64,000 nt of DNA from Candidatus Cloacimonadales bacterium (GTDB lineage: Bacteria; Cloacimonadota; Cloacimonadia; Cloacimonadales; DAONDQ01): contig OY759316.1 of assembly GCA_963662275.1 (NCBI GenBank), forward strand, positions 1,088,001 to 1,152,000. The letters are read 5' to 3'. The notes below the pieces were generated by a model, which saw only the letters and a list, made by a program, of their open reading frames with translations, had not been told where the DNA came from and did no database searches. This document shows, one piece after another, positions 53,501 through 62,500 of this stretch; the stretch's first letter is position 1, and the number at the start of each line of letters is the position of its first letter. Both the position numbers and the translations under genes were made by a program.

Positions 53501-56500
53501 ATCAGTGTCGGACCAGATCAACAGATGATCATAAACGTTCGAGCATTTGCTGCAAACTGGATACCCGGAGACATTCAGACAGGTGTTTATAACATCACAG
53601 ACATAGTTGCACCGGTTACTTTTACTCCTCTTGGTGGAAACTTCACTACTTCCCAAAATATCTTACTAAGCACGACAACAGATGGAGCTACTATCCATTA
53701 TACTACTGATGGCAATGAACCCAGTTCCGGATCAGCACTGTATACTTCTGCGATCGTAATACCACTCAACACTAGCATGACAATTAAAGCGAAAGCTTTC
53801 AAGACCAACTGGACAAACAGTGTTACTACTTCCCAGACGTATGTTGTTTCCGGTCAGGTAGCATTTGCTCAACCTGTCTTCTCACCTGCTGGTGGTGTCT
53901 ATACATCTTCTAGAAATATAACGATCAGCGCTCCAATCCCTGCTGATGCAACCATAAGATATACAACTGATGGTTCGGAACCAAGTGAATCGAATGGAAC
54001 CATTTATACTGTTCCAATTTCAGTAGGTGCTTCCCAAACGATCAAAGCAATTGCATACAAAGCCAATTGGATAAGTAGCGCTATAGCTTCTGCTTCATAT
54101 GAAATTACAGGTCAGGTTGCAGATGTTACTTTCGGTACACCTGGAGGAACTTATCAGACAGCACAGAATATTACCCTTTCAACAGTTACAACAGGGGCAG
54201 TTATTCGTTTTACTTTAGATGGAAGTGATCCAAATGAATTTTCTGCTTCCTATAATGCACCAATCAATATTCCATTAAATACTATAGAGACAATCAAGGC
54301 AAAAGCATATAAAACAAATTGGATTACAAGCTCAACAACCAGTCAGGCTTACATTATTACTGGTCAGATTGCTTTTAACCAGCCTGTATTCAATCCTCTT
54401 GCCGGAATCTATACTTCTCCTCAAATGATCAGCTTGAATACTGTTTTACCCGCAGATGCAGTGATCAGATATACGACCGATGGTACAGAACCAAATCTGG
54501 GATCTCGGATCTATGCAGCACCATGGTTATTGCCATTAAATAGTATTCTTATTCTTCAAGTTAAGGCATTTAAAGAAGATTGGATACCCAGCCTAACATA
54601 CTCCGCCTCCTTTGAGATAACCGGACAGGTAACGATGTCTCAACCAGTCTTTGATCCAGCACCCGGTCTATATGCAACACCCCAGACGATTCATATCAAT
54701 ACAAATGTGACACCAGCTACTGCTGTTATTCACTATACCATTGATGGTTCTATTCCTACGGAAAGTTCTCCTGTTTATGGTGCTTCAATCAACATTGCAG
54801 CTAATCAGCAGATGATCATCAGTGTTCGCGCATTTGCAGCAAATTGGATACCTGGTGATATTCAGACCGGTGTTTATAACATCACAGACATGGTTGCACC
54901 GGTTACTTTTACTCCTATGGGCGGAAATTTCACTACTTCGCAAAATGTCTTACTGAATACAACAACAGACGGTGCTACAATCCATTATACAATTGATGGT
55001 ACTGAACCTAGTATCGCTTCTGAACTCTATACAACAGCGATCGCAATTCCGCTTAACACCAGCCTGACCATCAATGCAAAAGGCTTTAAGACCAATTGGA
55101 CAAACAGTATTACTACTTCTCAGACTTATGTTGTTACTGGTCAGGTAGCGTTTGCTCAACCTGTCTTCACTCCTGCTGGCGGTGTCTATACATCCTCAAG
55201 AAACGTAACGATAAATTCTCCAATTCCTGCTGATGCAACCATTAGATATACAACTGATAATACGGATCCGAGTGAATCGAATGGAACCATTTATACTATT
55301 CCAATATTAGTCGATGCTACTCAGACGATCAAAGCAATTGCATACAAAGCTAATTGGATCAGCAGCAGTATCACTTCTGCTTCATATGAAATTACAGGTC
55401 AGGTTGCAGATGTTACTTTCGGTACTCTTGGTGGAACTTACCAGATAGCACAGAATATCACACTTTCTACTGTAACTGTTGGAGCAGATATACGTTTTAC
55501 AACAGATGGAAGTGAACCTAGTGAAGCTTCTGCTTCCTATACTGCGCCAATCAATGTTCCTTTAAATTCAACGGAGACTATCAAAACGAAAGCTTTTAAA
55601 ACCAATTGGGATCCCAGTAATACTACTTCTCAGACCTATGTTATAACCGGTCAAGTAACAATGGCTCAGCCAGTATTTACTCCTGGACCTGGTTTGTATA
55701 CTACACCTCAGACGATAAGTATCAATAGTAGTGTCATTCCAGTGGATGCGGTTATTCATTATACAATAGATGGGACCATTCCTAATGAAAGCTCTCCTGT
55801 TTATTTAAATCCCATCGGCATCGGAGCAAATCAGCAGATGGAGATAAAAGTCCGAGCTTATGCGGCTAATTGGATACCCGGTAACGTGCAGTCCGGTCTA
55901 TTTATTATTACCGGTCAGGTTAGTGATGTTGCCTTTAATCCACTTGGAGGCACTTACACTACTGCACAGAATGTTCTCCTGTCTACAGCGACTGACGAAG
56001 CAACGATCCATTATACAACTGATGGCAGCGAACCTACTACTGGTTCTCCAGTATACTCTTCCTCGATACCAGTACCCCTTAATACCAATATGACAATCAG
56101 GGCGAAAGCCTTTAAAACGAACTGGTTACCCAGTAATATAACATCGCAGTCCTATGTGATTACGGGTCAGGTTGCATTCAACCAGCCTATCTTCACACCT
56201 GCTGCAGGTATTTTTACTACCGCACAATCAGTATCAATCAATGCACCGATACCTGTAGATGCGACTATCAGGTATACGACAGATGGCACTGATCCCAGTG
56301 AATCGGTGGGAACTATCTATGCAGGTTCAATCAATGTCAATTCAACCCAAACGATCAAAGCGATTGCCTATAAGGCGGATTGGACCAGCAGTGTTATAGT
56401 TTCTGCTGCCTACGAAATCACCGGGCAGGTTAGCAATGTGACTTTCAATCCTCTGGGCGGGACATATCAAACTGCTCAGGATGTTACTTTATCCACAGCG

Positions 56501-59500
56501 ACTTCCGGCGCAGTCATCCGCTACACGCTGGATGGCAGTGAACCAAGTGAAGCTTCAGCTTCCTATACTGCTGCGATCAATATCCCTGTGAACACAACGA
56601 TGACGATCAAAGCCAAGGCATTCAAAACCAACTGGGATCCAAGTGCTGCAACGACCCAGACCTATGTGATAACCGGTCAGATCGTATTCAATCAGCCTGT
56701 GTTTAATCCTTCCGCTGGAATTTATACTTCAGTACAGACAATCAGCCTGAATACTGTCCTGCCGGCAGATGCAGTAATCAAATACACGACAGATGGAACG
56801 GAACCAAGTCTTGGTTCTTTCACTTATTCTGCACCATGGTCATTGCCTTTAAATAGTACTCTGGATCTTAAGGTAAAGGCATTTAAGACAGACTGGATTT
56901 CCAGCCTGACCTATTCTGCCTCCTATATAGTAACCGGACAGGTGACAATGACTCAACCTGTTTACTCTCCCATACCAGGTCTTTATACGACCCCGCAGTT
57001 GATCAGTATCATCAGTAATGTAACACCATCCAATGCAGTTATTCATTATACAATAGATGGAACCAGCCCAACTGAAAGCTCACCGATCTATTTAGACCCC
57101 ATCAGTATCGGAGCAAATCAGCAAATGATTATCAATGCCCGTGCTTATGCCAACAACTGGATACCAAGTGATGTTCAGACAGGTGTGTATAATATCACAG
57201 ACATGGTAGCACCTGTTGCCTTCAATCCATTAGGCGGAACCTACACTACAGCACAGAATGTCTTCCTGACAACCGCTACTGATGGAGCTACCATTCGTTA
57301 TACAACCGATGGCAGTGAACCTAATACTGGCTCTCCAGTATACTCTTCCTCGATACCAGTACCCCTTAATACCAATATGACAATCAGGGCGAAAGCCTTT
57401 AAAACGAATTGGACACCCAGTAATATAACATCACAGTCCTATGTGATTACGGGTCAGGTTGCATTCAACCAGCCTATCTTCACACCTGCTGCAGGTATCT
57501 TTACTACGGCACAATCAGTATCAATCAATGCACCAATACCTGTTGATGCTACTATCAGGTATACGATAGATGGTACTGATCCCAGTGAATCAGTGGGAAC
57601 TATCTATGCAGGTTCAATCAATGTCAATTCAACCCAAACGATCAAAGCGATTGCCTATAAGGCGGATTGGACCAGCAGTGTTATAGTTTCTGCTGCCTAC
57701 GAAATCACGGGACAGGTTAGCAATGTGACTTTCAATCCTCTGGGCGGGACATATCAAACTGCTCAGGATGTTACTTTATCCACAGCGACTTCCGGCGCAG
57801 ACATCCGCTACACGCTCGATGGCAGTGAACCAAGTGAAGCTTCAGCTTCCTATACTGCTGCGATCAATATCCCTGTGAACACAACGATGACGATCAAAGC
57901 CAAGGCATTCAAAACCAACTGGGATCCAAGTGGTACAACGACCCAGACCTATGTGATAACCGGTCAGATCGTATTCAACCAGCCTATGTTCAGTCCTGCC
58001 TCCGGAACATATACATCGGCACAGACGATTAACCTCAACACTGTAATTCCTTCAGATGCTGTGATCAGATACACGACAGATGGAAATGATCCTATTCAGA
58101 CCTCAGCGATTTATACTCCTCAGACAGTACCGTTGAGCAGTTCTCTTAATCTCAAAGTAAAGGCATTTAAGACAGACTGGATTTCCAGCCTGACCTATTC
58201 TGCCTCCTATATAGTAACCGGACAGGTGACAATGACTCAACCTGTTTACTCTCCCATACCAGGTCTTTATACAACCCCGCAGTTGATCAGTATCATCAGT
58301 AATGTAACACCATCCAATGCAGTTATTCATTATACAATAGATGGAACCAGCCCAACTGAAAGCTCACCGATCTATTTAGACCCCATCAGTATCGGAGCAA
58401 ATCAGCAAATGATTATCAATGCCCGTGCTTATGCCAACAACTGGATACCAAGTGATGTTCAGACAGGTGTGTATAATATCACAGACATGGTAGCACCTGT
58501 TGCCTTCAATCCATTAGGCGGAACCTACACTACAGCACAGAATGTCTTCCTGACAACCGCTACTGATGGAGCTACCATTCGTTATACAACCGATGGCAGT
58601 GAACCTAATACTGGCTCTCCAGTATACTCTTCCTCGATACCAGTACCCCTTAATACCAATATGACAATCAGGGCGAAAGCCTTTAAAACGAATTGGACAC
58701 CCAGTAATATAACATCACAGTCCTATGTGATTACGGGTCAGGTTGCATTCAACCAGCCTATCTTCACACCTGCTGCAGGTATCTTTACTACGGCACAATC
58801 AGTATCAATCAATGCACCAATACCTGTTGATGCTACTATCAGGTATACGATAGATGGTACTGATCCCGGTGAATCAGTGGGAACTATCTATGCAGGTTCA
58901 ATCAATGTCAATTCAACCCAAACGATCAAAGCGATTGCCTATAAGGCGGATTGGACCAGCAGTGTTATAGTTTCTGCTGCCTACGAAATCACGGGACAGG
59001 TTAGCAATGTGACTTTCAATCCTCTGGGCGGGACATATCAAACTGCTCAGGATGTTACTTTATCCACAGCGACTTCCGGCGCAGACATCCGCTACACGCT
59101 CGATGGCAGTGAACCAAGTGAAGCTTCAGCTTCCTATACTGCTGCGATCAATATCCCTGTGAACACAACAATGACGATCAAAGCCAAGGCATTCAAGACC
59201 AACTGGGATCCAAGTGGTACTACGACCCAGACCTATGTGATAACCGGTCAGATCGTATTCAACCAGCCTGTGTTTAATCCTTCCGCTGGAATTTATACTT
59301 CAGTACAGACAATCAGCCTGAATACTGTCCTGCCGGCAGATGCAGTAATCAAATACACGACAGATGGAACGGAACCAAGTCTTGGTTCTTTCACTTATTC
59401 TGCACCATGGTTATTGCCTTTAAATAGTACTCTGGATCTTAAGGTAAAGGCATTTAAGACAGACTGGATTTCCAGCCTGACCTATTCTGCCTCCTATATA

Positions 59501-62500
59501 GTAACCGGACAGGTGACGATGGCTCAACCTGTTTACTCTCCCATACCAGGTCTTTATACAACCCCGCAGTTGATCAGTATCATCAGTAATGTAACACCAT
59601 CCAATGCAGTTATTCATTACACAATAGATGGAACCAGCCCAACTGAAAGCTCACCGATCTATTTAGACCCCATCAGTATCGGAGCAAATCAGCAAATGAT
59701 TATCAATGCCCGTGCTTATGCCAACAACTGGATACCAAGTGATGTTCAGACAGGTGTGTATAATATCACAGACATGGTAGCACCTGTTGCTTTCAATCCT
59801 CTTGGTGGCACATATGCAACTGAGCAGGATGTCTTCCTGACGACTGCTACAGATGGCGCTACCATTCGTTATACTACAAATGGCAGTGAACCTAATACCG
59901 GATCTATACTTTATACTTCAGCTATTACCTTACAGCAAAATACAAATGTTACCATCAAGGCAAAAGCCTTTAAGACTAACTGGACAACCAGTAATACCAC
60001 ATCACAGTCTTATGTGATTACGGGTCAGGTTGCATTCAACCAGCCTATTTTCACACCTGCTGCAGGTATCTTCGCTACTGCACAATCTGTATCGATCAAT
60101 ACACCAATACCTGCAGATGCTACTATCAGGTATACTACAGATGGTACTGACCCCAGTGAAACAGTAGGAACTATCTATGCTGGATCAATCACAGTCAGTA
60201 CTTCTCAGGTCATTAAAGCAATTGCCTATAAAGCAAATTGGACTAGCAGTGTGATAGTTGCAGGTACATTTGAAATCACAGGGACAGTTGCTCCAGTAAC
60301 GTTTAATCCTAATGGAGGAACTTATACTTCTTCGCAGAATATATTCCTGTCAACGACAACGGAAGCAGCCAGTATCAGGTATACAACAGATGGAAGTGAA
60401 CCTAATTCTGGATCTACACCATATATTTCAGCGATAACGGTTCCATTCAATACCAGCATGGTCATCAAAGCAAAGGCTTTTAAGAGCAACTGGATACCCA
60501 GTATCACTACTACACAGACTTATGTAGTAACTGGACAGGTAGTCTTTAATCAGCCTGTCTTTACTCCTGCTGCTGGTATCTACTCATCTGTTCAGACAGT
60601 AACTATCGCTGCTCCAATTCCTGCAGATGCTACTGTCAGATATACTATCGACGGTACTGACCCAAGTGAGAGTGTCGGGTCGATTTATGTCGGATCAATT
60701 ACTGTCAGTTCATCGCAAATCATTAAAGCAATAGCGTATAAAGCAAATTGGACTAGCAGTATTATAGCTGTTGGTGCATATGAAATCACTGGTATAGTAG
60801 AACCTGTTACTTTTAACCCCAGTGGTGGTACGTATGCTACAATGCAGAATGTGTTTCTTTCCACAACAACAGAATCTGCCAGCATCCGCTATACTACCGA
60901 TGGTAGTGAACCAACTTCATTATCTACGCTGTATACTTCAGCGATCATGATACCGATAAATACCAGCATGACTATTAAGGCAAAAGCCTATAAGACAAAC
61001 TGGACTCCTAGTATTATAACAACACAGTCTTATATTATTACAGGTCAGGTTGTCTTGAATCAACCTGTCTTTACACCTGTTGCTGGTATCTATTCGACTG
61101 AACAGACAGTTACTATTAGTACTCCAATACCTTCAGATGCGACAATCAGGTATACGATAGATGGCACTGATCCCAGTGAAACAGTGGGAACTATCTATAC
61201 TGGATCAATAACTGTCAGCACTTCGCATACAATTAAAGTTATTGCGTATAAAGCAAATTGGACAAGCAGTGTTATAGCTATAGGTACATATGAAATTACA
61301 GGCACTGTTGCTCCAGTAGCTTTTAACCCTAATGGCGGATCATTTACCTCAGCGCAAAGTGTTGTGCTAACCACATCAACCTTCGAAGCAACAATTCGTT
61401 ATACAACTGATGGTACGGAACCTACAAGCGGTTCTACACTATATACTGCTTCGATCATTGTACCACTCAATACCAGTATGACCATTAAGGCAAAAGCCTT
61501 TAAGACTAATTGGAATCCTAGCAATACGACAACACAAACCTATGTTGTTACCGGTCAGGTTGTTTTTAACCAACCTGCATTCTTGCCTGTAAGTGGTGTT
61601 TATGCTTCTACTCAAACGGTTACAGTAAATACACCAAATCCGAGTGATGCAATTGTACGATATACGATAGATGGTTCAAATCCAAGCGAGACGGTGGGAA
61701 CAATTTATACAGGTCCCATCACAGTCAATACATCTCAAACTATTAAAGCCATCGCGTATAAAACCAATTGGATTAGCAGTATTGTTACCTCAGCAAATTA
61801 TGAAATAACCGGGCAGGTTGCTAGTGTTACATTTGGTACACCGGGCGGTACTTATCAAACGACTCAGGATGTTACACTTTCAACTACAACAGCCGATGCA
61901 GTCATTCATTACACTACTGATGGCAGCAATCCAAGCGAAGCATCTGCTCCATACTTTGATCCTATCAATGTACCATTAAACACAACTATGACGATCAAAG
62001 CTATTGCCTACAAAACCAATTGGCTCCCAAGCTTAATGACAGCGCAGATCTATACTGTAACAGGTCAGGTTGCTATTAACCAGCCGGTGTTCAGTATTCC
62101 AGCGGGGACATATACATCTACTCAAGAAATCACAGTGAATACTGCAATTCCAACGGATGCGATCATCACTTATACATTAGATGGAACGGAACCAACAATT
62201 AGTTCTACTCCATACACAGTTCCATTAAATGTTCAGTTGAATAGTTCTATGGATCTGAGAGTTAAAGCATTTAAAACAGATTGGATTTCAAGTCAGACCT
62301 ATTCATCTCTGTATACAGTAACAGGCCAAGTTACAATGACACAGCCAGTATTCACACCTGAACCGGGTTTGTATATGACAGCTCAGCAAATTAGTATCAA
62401 TACGAATGTCATTCCAGCTACAGCCGTAATTCACTATACTTTAGATGGCAGCAGTCCAACTGAAAGTTCACCTGTTTATGAAACTGCTATCAGTATTGGA

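Noticed and set aside
56030..59800. Possible diversity-generating retroelement template/variable repeat pair
   Set aside because: The copies are in-frame tandem coding repeats, differences are not visibly confined to adenines, and no reverse transcriptase is present.
45428..60885. Many short ORFs in the track, including three near-identical 'MNNCIGWCYITDD..' ORFs
   Set aside because: They are antisense or off-frame shadows of the giant frame +2 gene. Their recurrence only reflects the 1284-1287-bp duplication.
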